Shown: positions 10,103-19,325 of the stretch, one piece after another
Position numbering within the stretch: position 1 is the first letter of the stretch
Layout of the letters: every line of letters starts with the position of its first letter
Origin: Chthonomonadales bacterium
Lineage (GTDB): Bacteria > Armatimonadota > Chthonomonadetes > Chthonomonadales > CAJBBX01
Direction of reading: 5' to 3'
Length of the DNA stretch: 64,000 nt
Assembly (NCBI GenBank): GCA_037443035.1
Contig: JBBIPC010000001.1
Coordinates: forward strand, 128,001-192,000
The notes under the pieces: model-generated
Told to the model about the DNA's origin: nothing
Seen by the model: only the letters and a program-made list of their open reading frames with translations
Database searches by the model: none
Made by a program: the position numbers and the translations under genes

Positions 10103-10917
10103 CAGTCTTCCGCCTTTGCCTCGAAGAATGCGCCGCGCTCCAGAGAAAGCCAGAGGCGCAGGGCGATGGCTAGACCGCCAATGCCCAGCCCGAACCCGAT
10201 GGCGCGTGTGGCCGGAGCGTTGACAGTCAGCAGCAACCAATTGCTGATGTTATCCAACCTGAAGAGCGACGCGAACGTGCCTTTCTCCGGAATGACATGG
10301 GTGATGTACTGACCAATGGGGATCTGCCCCAACATGACAACGAGGGCCGCAACCATGAGCAGTGTCGCTTCGGCGGACTTTACCCGGAATGCTCTGTATG
10401 CTGCGGAGATGATGAAGAACGCTAGGGTCGCGAACATGGCTGCGTCGAAGCTGTTCAGTACGTCACGGAACAAGGACCGGAAGAAGAGGGAATCGCGGAA
10501 GCCCAGACCCGCAATCGCCATGACCAAGAGCGATACGAGCAGGACGACGCTGTTCTCCCACCCCTCTCGTAGCTTGGTCACCTTGCCGACGTGGATTCGG
10601 ACAAGACTGAACACGCCGAGCCCCAACGTGAATGCGGCTAGCACATTGATGACGTTCCCCACCGTGGGCACTGCGAACGTCAAGAAGTTCTCGTCGGTCT
10701 TCTTGTCCACAGGCCAGAAGAACTCCAGCGCGTAGAATAGCCCTGCGAGGAACGTCATCGTTGCGATCAGGGCCTTGCGGGCGCGTCCCGGCAGTGCCTG
10801 CAGCGCGAAGAACAGCACGACGCAGCCCAGCGCCGCCAGGAGGATGGCAATCCACTTCCAGTGGCCATGGGCAGGTGGGAAGGCCGCCGAAAGGAACTTC
10901 TGCAGATTCATCGTCAC
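10102..10917 (-). CDS. Uncharacterised polytopic membrane protein (DUF6754 operon)
   Basis: About 7 hydrophobic segments; MFATLAFFIISAAYRAFR and RAIGFGLGIG...ERG motifs. Confidence 0.8.
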   Translation of the reverse strand: MTMNLQKFLSAAFPPAHGHWKWIAILLAALGCVVLFFALQALPGRARKALIATMTFLAGLFYALEFFWPVDKKTDENFLTFAVPTVGNVINVLAAFTLGLGVFSLVRIHVGKVTKLREGWENSVVLLVSLLVMAIAGLGFRDSLFFRSLFRDVLNSFDAAMFATLAFFIISAAYRAFRVKSAEATLLMVAALVVMLGQIPIGQYITHVIPEKGTFASLFRLDNISNWLLLTVNAPATRAIGFGLGIGGLAIALRLWLSLERGAFFEAKAED

Positions 10918-10927
10918 GCTCCACTTC

Positions 10928-11710
10928 TCACTTCAATGTGAACCACTGGACGAACCACCACTCCTTGCCCAGTGCTGGGACCGTCATGCCAACGACACCG
11001 ATAAGTATCACCAGCAGGAAGATGATCTTGCAATAGTCCTGGCCAACCAGACTGCCAAGGAGTGTCGGCTCGCGGGAGATATAGGCGCTGGCCGCGTAAT
11101 ACTCGTCGCCTATAATCGTGTAGTCGCACGAAGCGATGAAGAATGGTAGCTGAGTAGTCGAAACGGTGCCCGCCACCTGGATGGCACCCACCTGCTGACC
11201 AGCCTCAGCAAAGATCAGCGACTCGGCAAAGAAGTCGCCGAAGAGAAAGCTGGCTGCCACACGCTCGCGGAAGATGGTACCGGCTACACCTGAGGCGAAG
11301 GCGAACTGACGATCGGAGAGGAAGTAGACCGAGTTCGGATCGTAGTCCTCTGGCTTGCCCGCAGCAGCATAGGAATCCCGGACTACTTCCTCAGCAACAG
11401 TGTAGAGAGCCGAGTCTGCCGTCGGCATGATGAGCTTGTTGCCAAACTTGGCGGCCGTCTTGATGATGTAGCTGAAAATGGTCAGTGCCTGGAGTCCTAC
11501 TACGCCGAGTCCGCTGAGACCGGGAACCATCAACAGAGGCCGTCCCATTTCCGTCGCTCGGCCCACCGCTTCGTCTATGGCGTTCAGGCCTGGGATGCGG
11601 CGGATGAAGTACTTGCGCCCTCGCTGTGCCGTGATGATCGTGTAGAGGATGATCACCGACATCAGCGCAATGAGGATCGCAGATTCCCACCTATCACTCG
11701 CGTGAGTCAA
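10928..11710 (-). CDS. DUF6754-like membrane protein
   Basis: IRRIPGLNAIDEAVGRATEMGRP, FFAESLIFAEAG, QLPFFIASCDYTIIGDEYYAASAY match my recollection of DUF6754; TTG 11710 overlaps upstream stop, SD AAGGGGG. Confidence 0.8.
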   Translation of the reverse strand: MTHASDRWESAILIALMSVIILYTIITAQRGRKYFIRRIPGLNAIDEAVGRATEMGRPLLMVPGLSGLGVVGLQALTIFSYIIKTAAKFGNKLIMPTADSALYTVAEEVVRDSYAAAGKPEDYDPNSVYFLSDRQFAFASGVAGTIFRERVAASFLFGDFFAESLIFAEAGQQVGAIQVAGTVSTTQLPFFIASCDYTIIGDEYYAASAYISREPTLLGSLVGQDYCKIIFLLVILIGVVGMTVPALGKEWWFVQWFTLK

Positions 11711-12021
11711 GAGGATTCCCCCTTTCGGTCTTGCTCTCTGGACGTCGCCAGCTCTTCGAGCCTTCTGATGAGCAGCTCGACATTGTCCCGGCATTCCAGC
11801 AGACGCGAGGCAGCTGAGACACGGCCGAACCCGACGATGGGCGCGATCAATGGCGACGTGACGATGAGCGTTTGGCTGGCAAAGAAGGACAGCGGCTTGT
11901 GCATCTCCAGAAACAGGATCGCGGGTGTCTCCAGGCCGCGCCTGTGGATATTCTGGGCGATAGACTCGATCAGCTCGTCGCGCTCCTCCGGAGAGAGCGG
12001 CTCACCGAAGTCAGCGACCAC
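11707..12021 (-). CDS. Small conserved hypothetical helical protein
   Basis: EERDELIESIAQNIHRRGLETPAILFLEMHKPLSF...NVELLIRRLEE; GTG 12021 with GGAG SD; overlaps both neighbours. Confidence 0.75.
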   Translation of the reverse strand: MVADFGEPLSPEERDELIESIAQNIHRRGLETPAILFLEMHKPLSFFASQTLIVTSPLIAPIVGFGRVSAASRLLECRDNVELLIRRLEELATSREQDRKGESS

Positions 12022-12505
12022 TGCGTGCGATCTCCACCGAATCTCGAACGAGTCTCTCGATTTCCGATCTGCTGGCCGACGTATCCCCGGTCGGGTACCG
12101 GAGGCAGATGCCTCGGAAAGCATCGAGGCGGCTGGGGCTGCTGAACGGCGAGAGTCGAAGCCCGTCCCGTTCCGGGATGATCCTGCGTATCCCGCGCCAG
12201 GGCATCTCCAAGCGCGCCAGGCCGTAAGCGCAGTGTACGGACCTGGACGTTAGGCGGTACCGAACCGGCAGCAGGAACTCGGCAGCCGAACCCATCACGA
12301 ACAAGGAGCCCAGCACTGACCCCATCCAGTGATGCAATGCCAGTCCGCCCACAGCCGCTGCAAGCACAACCGCAGCAGCTACTCCCCACACCTTGTGTGG
12401 CTGTGTCGCCATCAGATGAACAGACCACTCGGCAAGCACGACTTCCTCGGCGTGGGCCGAGTCACGTTCTGGACTTGCCGTCGCTTCAGGGTTAGTGGTA
12501 AGCAT
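12011..12505 (-). CDS. Hypothetical protein, 2 TM helices + possible bacterial PH-like domain
   Basis: Two hydrophobic helices then beta-rich PVRYRLT...MPWRGIRR...LSPFSSPSRLDAFRG; start uncertain (ORF open to 12772, but a promoter lies at 12680-12709). Confidence 0.65.
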   Translation of the reverse strand: MLTTNPEATASPERDSAHAEEVVLAEWSVHLMATQPHKVWGVAAAVVLAAAVGGLALHHWMGSVLGSLFVMGSAAEFLLPVRYRLTSRSVHCAYGLARLEMPWRGIRRIIPERDGLRLSPFSSPSRLDAFRGICLRYPTGDTSASRSEIERLVRDSVEIARSGR

Positions 12506-12679
12506 GAGTGCATTGACCGCTTGCTGCAGCAGCCGATTGGTACCCGTTGGGAGCCCGAGGAGACGTGCGTGTTGACTAGTCGTGGCTCCCGACAGTGGCC
12601 CAGCAACGGCGCCCGCGACCACCTGGCCAGCGAGCACGAACCTCTCGTCGAACCCACTGGTCGGTTGGCAGTGTTGCGG

Positions 12680-12709
12680 ATTATAGTTTTCCGCGTTACT
12701 GGTTGTCAA
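12680..12709 (-). promoter_or_regulatory. Perfect-consensus sigma70 promoter for the DUF6754 operon
   Basis: Minus strand TTGACA (12709-12704), 18 bp, TATAAT (12685-12680). Confidence 0.85.
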
Positions 12710-12893
12710 CCTAACCGCAGAGGAATCAGACAAATCGAGATCCGAGCAGGCGGCTGCGACTCCGGCAGCCATGAGAGCGTCCGGAGCGCTGATATGCGTG
12801 GAGATGAGCCAGTGCCTCGGTCGTTGCGACAGTCAGGGGCTATTTAGTAGAATGTGGGCACCACGGTCGTGAGGCCGCGAGGAGGGTAGCAGA

Positions 12894-14432
12894 ATGCTTG
12901 TTCGACGCGTCGGTGCAGCCGTGCTCGTCTTGGCAGTGTTCGTCTGCGCTAGCTGGGCGGTCGTACTGCCGATCTCCAGCGGAGAGCTGAGTATCACGGT
13001 TCTGCATACGAACGACACACATGGCCATCTGCTACCGTTCAGCTACCCTGAAACGTTCGAGCCCAGTTCGCCGCTGGCACTGCTACCGGTCCGGAGAGAT
13101 GTGGGTGGTATAGCACGGCGCGCGGCCGTTGCGCGACGCATCAAGGCTCAGATGCCGGGACACGTCCTCCTGGTGGATGCAGGTGATTTCTGCGACGGTA
13201 CCCCATTCTCCACTGAGTACAAAGGTGAAGCTGACCTCGAGGCGATGAACGCCGCTGGCTATGACGTGGTCTGTCCGGGCAACCATGAGTTCAACAATTC
13301 ATCTCAACAGGTACGGAAGTTCGCCAGCGTAGCCCGATTCCCGATCGTTTGTGCCAACGTCAAGGACAGCAGCAGCGGTCGGTTGATCTTTCGCCCGTAT
13401 GTTATCCGGCGCGTGGGTCCAGTTCGCGTCGCGGTTGTAGGTTTGCTGACGGAGGATGCCAGATCGTATCCTGCTGCACGCGATGGGCTCAGCGTGGATT
13501 CCCCCCTTACCGTGGCGCGACGTCTGGTGCCAAGGGTTCGGGCAGAAGCTGATCTCGTTGTGGCATTGACGCACCTCGGAATCGAGCAGGACAAGCAACT
13601 AGCTATCAGCGTTCCTGGGATCGACGTCATCGTGGGTGGTCATTCCCATACGCTTCTTCGAACGCCGGCGGTCATGCGACCGACTGGTAGCGCCGCTGCT
13701 CGTCGCCCGACGATCGTGACGCAGGATTTCGAGTGGGGAGCAATGCTGGGCCGCCTGGACCTGCGGCTCGCTCGGAATGGCACAGGGGGCTGGCGAGTAG
13801 CTCGACATTCAGGCAAGGGAATCGTTATCACGAAGTCAACACAACCGGATCCCCGCACCTCACGCGTGGTGGAACGGTTCTGGCGACCCATTCGACCCAA
13901 GTACGGCAGAGTCGTCGGGAGAGCGGTCCGGGATTTCACGCAGAAGGGGCAGGACCACGCCGAGTACAATCTCGTTGCGGACGCTGTCCGGGAATCCACA
14001 GGCGTGCAGGTTGCGCTGGAGAATGTCGGAGGCGTGCGGGCGCCCCTTGTACGCGGGGCCATCACTTTCGGCGACGTGGTGACGATGGACCCGTTCAACA
14101 ATACTATCGTTACGTTTACGTTGAGCGGCCGGGAGCTGCAACAGGTCCTCGAAAGGTATAGGCCGGCTGTGTCAGGTATCCGCTACAAGGTCGTCGCTGG
14201 CCATCTGGAATGGGCCGCCATCGGTGGCCGGCCCGTGCGTCCTGAGCAGGACTACACCGCAGCAGCGAACAGCTTCTTCGCACGCAGCGAATTGCTGAGC
14301 GTCGCCCGCGACCGCAAAGACACGGGCATATCGCGCCTGGATGCTATTCTGCGCTACATCCAGCGCCGCCAGACCATCGCTCCTTCATATGATGGTCGGC
14401 GCATTGTCCGACGTATGGAGGATGAATTCTGA
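12894..14432 (+). CDS. Secreted 5'-nucleotidase / bifunctional metallophosphatase
   Basis: Signal peptide; HTNDTHGH, DAGD, GNHEF, THLG, GGHSH; C-terminal 5'-NT domain NVGGVRA...PFNN. Confidence 0.93.
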   Translation: MLVRRVGAAVLVLAVFVCASWAVVLPISSGELSITVLHTNDTHGHLLPFSYPETFEPSSPLALLPVRRDVGGIARRAAVARRIKAQMPGHVLLVDAGDFCDGTPFSTEYKGEADLEAMNAAGYDVVCPGNHEFNNSSQQVRKFASVARFPIVCANVKDSSSGRLIFRPYVIRRVGPVRVAVVGLLTEDARSYPAARDGLSVDSPLTVARRLVPRVRAEADLVVALTHLGIEQDKQLAISVPGIDVIVGGHSHTLLRTPAVMRPTGSAAARRPTIVTQDFEWGAMLGRLDLRLARNGTGGWRVARHSGKGIVITKSTQPDPRTSRVVERFWRPIRPKYGRVVGRAVRDFTQKGQDHAEYNLVADAVRESTGVQVALENVGGVRAPLVRGAITFGDVVTMDPFNNTIVTFTLSGRELQQVLERYRPAVSGIRYKVVAGHLEWAAIGGRPVRPEQDYTAAANSFFARSELLSVARDRKDTGISRLDAILRYIQRRQTIAPSYDGRRIVRRMEDEF

Positions 14433-14486
14433 CTTCGGGGACGGCGCCGGTTGGTCTCCGCAGTCTTATGGGAAGGGGGATACTGT

Positions 14487-15524
14487 ATGGGAATCCGGCC
14501 ACGTGTGGACGCTGAAGCCGTTGTTGGTGTTGACCTGGGCGGTACCAACGCGCGCGCTGCTGTCGTGTACGCGGACGGGCGTGCGGGTAGGGAGTGTAGC
14601 CAGCCATCGCGTGCGAAGGAGGGCGAGGATGCGGTACGGTCGCAGGTCATTCGCGTGATCCAGGATGCCATCGCTGCGGAAGGACTGACGCCATCCGATA
14701 TCGGGGCTGTTGGCATGGCTGTCCCTGGTCACATAGACCCGACGACGGGCGTGATCATCTGGTCGCCGAACTTCGGAACGATAGAAGATGGGAAGCTGCG
14801 CATCTTTCTCGATGTGGAGTTCGGTAAGCCCATCTCTGATGCCCTGGGAATCGCCGTCTTCGCAGGTAATGACGCGAACGTTGCAGCGATAGGCGCATTT
14901 CGCAAGCTTCAGCAAGAAGCGCCCGCCGGCCAGCAGGTCACCGACATTGTGCTGTTCACTCTCGGGACAGGCATAGGCGGCGGGGTGGTATCCGGAGGCA
15001 GGCTCGTCACGGGTAGTACGGGAGGCGCAGTGGAAATCGGGCATCAGGTCATCGTCGCAGGAGGGCGGAAATGCGGTTGCGGTACGCTGGGTTGTCTCGA
15101 AGCATACTGCGGCGCGAACGCTATCGTCGAGACGGCATTCCGGATGTTGGAGCGAAACCGAGACTCCGTCCTGTGGGACATGATCCGGAAGGACAAGATG
15201 GAGCTGACGCCCAAGCTGATCTCCGATGCTGCGAACAAAGGAGACGAGACGGCTCTGGAAGTCTGGAGGGAGGTCGGCTACTATCTAGGCATCGGTATGG
15301 CCAACGCCGTCAATCTATTCAACCCGCAACGGGTCATACTCGCAGGACAGACGCGCCACGGTCCTGGCCTCGTGGATGCGGCCAAGCGCTCGATGCTCCG
15401 GCATGCCATCTACTCCATCGCGAAGTCATGCGAAGTCACCGAAATGGAACTTGGCGATGCACCGGGAATACCTGGCGGTGCGGAGCTAGCTTGGATGGAA
15501 ATCCGGAACATGCGGTACCAGTAG
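14487..15524 (+). CDS. ROK family sugar kinase (glucokinase-like)
   Basis: GVDLGGT, NDANVAA, TLGTGIGGG, EIGH, CGCGTLGCLE. Confidence 0.92.
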   Translation: MGIRPRVDAEAVVGVDLGGTNARAAVVYADGRAGRECSQPSRAKEGEDAVRSQVIRVIQDAIAAEGLTPSDIGAVGMAVPGHIDPTTGVIIWSPNFGTIEDGKLRIFLDVEFGKPISDALGIAVFAGNDANVAAIGAFRKLQQEAPAGQQVTDIVLFTLGTGIGGGVVSGGRLVTGSTGGAVEIGHQVIVAGGRKCGCGTLGCLEAYCGANAIVETAFRMLERNRDSVLWDMIRKDKMELTPKLISDAANKGDETALEVWREVGYYLGIGMANAVNLFNPQRVILAGQTRHGPGLVDAAKRSMLRHAIYSIAKSCEVTEMELGDAPGIPGGAELAWMEIRNMRYQ

Positions 15525-15589
15525 ACGCATATACGCCTCAGGTCGACAGAGGAGCTGTTGGGCGAGGCAGCCGCAGCTCCTCTTCGCGT

Positions 15590-18046
15590 TCATGCGGATT
15601 CTGCTGGTTCGGGTGCTCGGCGAGGAGCTCGGCCTGCACGTGCAGCATGTTCCTCTCGCGCTCGACGAACCATCGCTGTGAGCGCACCGGCAACGATGAA
15701 AGCGACGCCCAGCCAGACGAGATTGATCATCGGCTTGTTCGTTGCCGCGATCGGCACGACCCATGTTGCGGGAGCACCCGGAAGCTCGAACGCTACGGTC
15801 ACTTCTTTGGTGTCTGGCCGGATGCCACCTTGGAGGATGACGGCTCCGCCGATCTCCGGTATCTCGACGTTCGTTGGTGTCGGCTCACCATGGGCGAACG
15901 ACAACCCGGGGCGTATTCGCACCTTCCGGTGATCCGGCGTAATGAGCGTCATTTCCGCACCCATCTCGCCATTCATCATATCGCCGTGACCTGTACGATA
16001 GAATCGGTCGTACCGAACCTGATAGCCGGTGGGCGCCATCCCAGGCGTACCGATCGTTGACGTTTCCCCGGGCAGGAGGGTCGCACTCGGTCGAATCAGC
16101 TTAGGATCATCGGCAGCCGCGAGATAGATATCCCGATGAAGTTGCTTACGAATGTCGGGCCAAGTCATGGTAGCCCATTCGTTCTTGCTGGCGTTCCAGT
16201 ACTTGAACACAGCCACCCGTGCCGTGTAGCCTACGCCGGCGTCGTCCGAACCTGCCGGGCGCACGCGAAGCAACACAGCATGGTCGTGCCGCTTCCACTC
16301 GCGAAGCACCTGTTCCTCTGGCTTGCCATCATGGGTCCAACCAGCGAACTCGAGACTATAACCGAACTCTGTCTTCACAGGTCCGCGCCCTTCGACCACG
16401 GCGTAGCTCGCGGTCTTCTCGTACACGTTGGTCAGGACAGTACCGAGCAGCAGTAACCCGACACCCACATGCGCTAGCCAGCCCCCAGTGCTCAACTTCT
16501 GCTTTCGCAGCAGCTTCCAGACGAGCACGAGGTTGGCCAGACCAGCGAAGAGGCCGAGCGTGGAGATGGCGACTGTGACGGCCCGGGGCGTGTCGGCCAG
16601 ATGTCCGATGGCCGCCTCGTGAAGCACGAACCACAGAACGGCTCCTCCACCCGCGATGGCAGCGAGCCACGGCAGCATCATACGGCGCATCAAGCGCTCA
16701 GAGTCGGTTCTTCCCCATGCCAGGAACGGGACCGCACCGATCACGAACAGCGCAGGGACGATTAGCACCGTGCCGAGGCGATTGTAGAAAACTGGTTCTA
16801 CTCGTACGCCCTCAGCGGAAGCTGCGCCCTTGAGGACAGGTATTGCTCGCAGCCACCCCCATCGCGAAATCAGTGGCCAAGATGTACCAAGGCAGACAGC
16901 AGCCGCGCCTACGGAGAGCACTAGCACTGCAAACCACATCGCAGTATCGCGGGAGAGCAACGCATCCGATGTCTGGCGTCCCGGAATGTTCCGCCACCGC
17001 CAGACCAAGAGCACGACTGCAGCAACACCTTGGACAGCAATGAGCGCCACCAGCAGCCGCAGAGCACTGTTGTCCAACATACCAAAGGCATGAACGGAGA
17101 AGTTCGCCAGAACACCTGAACGGGTCAGGAAGGTCCCGTAGACGAACAACAGCCAGGAGAGAACAGCCAGGACGATGTTCGTACGCGCCATTGCCCCGCG
17201 CGTCCGCTGGACAACCAGACCGTGAGCCAGGGCCAAGGAACCGAGCCATGGAAACAGCGAAGCGTTCTCGACCGGATCCCATGCCCAGAAGCCATGCCAG
17301 CCCTGCGTCTCGTAAGCCCAGTACCCGCCCAAGAACAGACCCGCGCCCAGCGTGCCCACGCACCACAAGACGTAAGGGGCGACGCGTGATACCCATTCCA
17401 CATATGCGGACCGTATCAGTGCGGCCATGGCGTAAGCATAGGGAACTGCTAGCGATGCGAAGCCGATGAAGATCACAGGCGGATGGATGGCCATCCAGTA
17501 ATTCTGCAGACTCGGGTTCAGTCCATTCCCGTCGGTAGGCGGCCAGGGCGGAGGCCAGGGCATACCTGGAGGCAGCTCTGGCGGCGGAGGACCGGTCTCC
17601 TTCGGCACGAGTGCGAACGGACTCAACCCATGCATGATCGCGAACAGGACCGCCAGGTTGACGATGTAGATGGGCATGACAAGCGTTTCCCAGTCGCGAG
17701 CACGCCATGCCACGAGCAGCCCGATCACCGCGGTGAACAGGGCCCAAAGGGCAAAGCTCCCCTCCTGTCCAGCCCACGTTGCGGAGTACAGAAACGGTCC
17801 ATCCAGATCAGCCGAGACGTAATCGAACACGTACCGATAGGCGAATCGCTTGGCTGCGACCAAGAACATCAGGCGGAAGAACACGAAGACTGCTGACGCT
17901 GCAGCCACTGCGTAACTTGCGCGCGCCACAGCGCGCACACGGTCGCTGCCCCGAAGCGCGGCGAGATAGCACGCCACCGACACCACAGAGGCTAACAGAC
18001 CGACCATGACGGCCATACGGCCAGGTTCGGCCAGCAACGCGTTCAT
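15590..18046 (-). CDS. ccmF: Cytochrome c-type biogenesis protein CcmF (heme lyase)
   Basis: GLNPSLQNYWMAIHPP, WAYETQGWHGFWAWDPVENASL, GTFLTRSG..SVHAF; start ATG 18046. Confidence 0.93.
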   Translation of the reverse strand: MNALLAEPGRMAVMVGLLASVVSVACYLAALRGSDRVRAVARASYAVAAASAVFVFFRLMFLVAAKRFAYRYVFDYVSADLDGPFLYSATWAGQEGSFALWALFTAVIGLLVAWRARDWETLVMPIYIVNLAVLFAIMHGLSPFALVPKETGPPPPELPPGMPWPPPWPPTDGNGLNPSLQNYWMAIHPPVIFIGFASLAVPYAYAMAALIRSAYVEWVSRVAPYVLWCVGTLGAGLFLGGYWAYETQGWHGFWAWDPVENASLFPWLGSLALAHGLVVQRTRGAMARTNIVLAVLSWLLFVYGTFLTRSGVLANFSVHAFGMLDNSALRLLVALIAVQGVAAVVLLVWRWRNIPGRQTSDALLSRDTAMWFAVLVLSVGAAAVCLGTSWPLISRWGWLRAIPVLKGAASAEGVRVEPVFYNRLGTVLIVPALFVIGAVPFLAWGRTDSERLMRRMMLPWLAAIAGGGAVLWFVLHEAAIGHLADTPRAVTVAISTLGLFAGLANLVLVWKLLRKQKLSTGGWLAHVGVGLLLLGTVLTNVYEKTASYAVVEGRGPVKTEFGYSLEFAGWTHDGKPEEQVLREWKRHDHAVLLRVRPAGSDDAGVGYTARVAVFKYWNASKNEWATMTWPDIRKQLHRDIYLAAADDPKLIRPSATLLPGETSTIGTPGMAPTGYQVRYDRFYRTGHGDMMNGEMGAEMTLITPDHRKVRIRPGLSFAHGEPTPTNVEIPEIGGAVILQGGIRPDTKEVTVAFELPGAPATWVVPIAATNKPMINLVWLGVAFIVAGALTAMVRRAREEHAARAGRAPRRAPEPAESA

Positions 18047-18071
18047 GTGCGGCGTTCCGTAGCGGGGATCA

Positions 18072-18491
18072 TCAGCAAGACAGGCGTCTGGCCGCGAAGG
18101 GCCATCGAGCGGCGTCTTTGCCTTGGTACTTGCTCGGGCACTTGACGAGAAGTGTACTGGCCTCGAACACACCGTCCTTGTATTGGCCGATAGCCTCCAC
18201 GCTCGTCGCGTTGTGGAAGTTCTCAGGCCGCGGCTTTCGATAAACGACCGTCATGTGCTGGGAGCCACCCTGCATGTCCACGATGACGAACCGCAGCTCT
18301 GGCTGCTTGTCGTGGATGCGGAAGGAGACGGTCTCCTTGAGGATCTGCCCGGGGACCTGCACTGTCTTGCCTGGCGAAGCCATGGCCTCCGCAATGGTCA
18401 CATGCTTGACGGTGGCCTGCGAGAAGCTAAGGAAGGTCGTGATCGCCGCCGCAACGAGCACGATGAATGCAATAATCGCGCCCGGTTTCAT
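18072..18491 (-). CDS. ccmE: Heme chaperone CcmE, CxxxY variant
   Basis: N-terminal anchor, OB-fold, KCPSKY motif; position in the ccm cluster. Confidence 0.9.
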   Translation of the reverse strand: MKPGAIIAFIVLVAAAITTFLSFSQATVKHVTIAEAMASPGKTVQVPGQILKETVSFRIHDKQPELRFVIVDMQGGSQHMTVVYRKPRPENFHNATSVEAIGQYKDGVFEASTLLVKCPSKYQGKDAARWPFAARRLSC

Positions 18492-18613
18492 TCCTCATCC
18501 TCGCCTATGCCGACCTCGATGGCTGCAAGCTTGCGCTCCAGCATGAGGATGTAGGTGAACACGCCTGCCCAGACAATGATGGGAACCAAGAGGACCCACA
18601 TCGCGCCTGTCAT
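18488..18613 (-). CDS. ccmD: CcmD-like small membrane protein (41 aa; not in ORF track)
   Basis: MTGAMWVLLVPIIVWAGVFTYILMLERKLAAIEVGIGEDEE*: one TM plus charged tail, between ccmC and ccmE, ATGA overlap with ccmE. Confidence 0.8.
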   Translation of the reverse strand: MTGAMWVLLVPIIVWAGVFTYILMLERKLAAIEVGIGEDEE

Positions 18614-18630
18614 CTATCTGTCTCCTGTTA

Positions 18631-19323
18631 TTACCGTTGGTTTATGGTCCGGTCTTCCAGAGCCGCTATACGCATGCGAAGCTGCATGAGCCACGCGAAC
18701 AGCCCCAGAAAACCGGGCAAGGCGAAAGCATACAGAACGAGCCGATACTGGGGGTCCAAGCCGCCCCCAATGACTGCTTGGTTCGCACCCCCATGGAGCG
18801 TGTTCACGATGCGTGGCAACACCCAAATCAGGAAGAGCCCTGGCACCACCGCGACTAGCGCATAGGCGGAGCTCAAACGCGCCCGCGTCTGTGGCTCGGT
18901 CAACGCGCTCCTAAGTACCAGATACGCGGCGAACAGCAGCATGATTACCAGAATGGATGTTTGTCGCGGATCCCAGCTCCAGAACGCGCCCCATTGCAGT
19001 CTGGAGAAGATGCTCCCAGTGATGGTGGTCAGCGCCGAGAACACTAGACCCAGCTCCATCGCAGCATTGCAGCCATCGTCCGCACGGCGCCACTGCTGAC
19101 GGGAACCTCGACCGACGCTACGCAGAATCCTTACGGCGTACCAGGCGGCCACGAGATACGCGAGACACGCGATCCACGCGCAGGGGACGTGGAGGATGAT
19201 GATCCGAGCGCCGTCCGGATAGAGGAACCCCTCTGCCGGGCGTACGTACACCATAGCCCCCCATGTGGCCAGTGCCAGCAAGATGCCCGTCGTCGCTCTG
19301 TGGGTCCAGCGTAACAGTCTCAT
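18631..19323 (-). CDS. ccmC: Heme exporter protein CcmC
   Basis: ILHVPCAW, WGAFWSWDPRQT (WWD motif), second His in TLHG. Confidence 0.92.
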   Translation of the reverse strand: MRLLRWTHRATTGILLALATWGAMVYVRPAEGFLYPDGARIIILHVPCAWIACLAYLVAAWYAVRILRSVGRGSRQQWRRADDGCNAAMELGLVFSALTTITGSIFSRLQWGAFWSWDPRQTSILVIMLLFAAYLVLRSALTEPQTRARLSSAYALVAVVPGLFLIWVLPRIVNTLHGGANQAVIGGGLDPQYRLVLYAFALPGFLGLFAWLMQLRMRIAALEDRTINQR

Positions 19324-19325
19324 GC

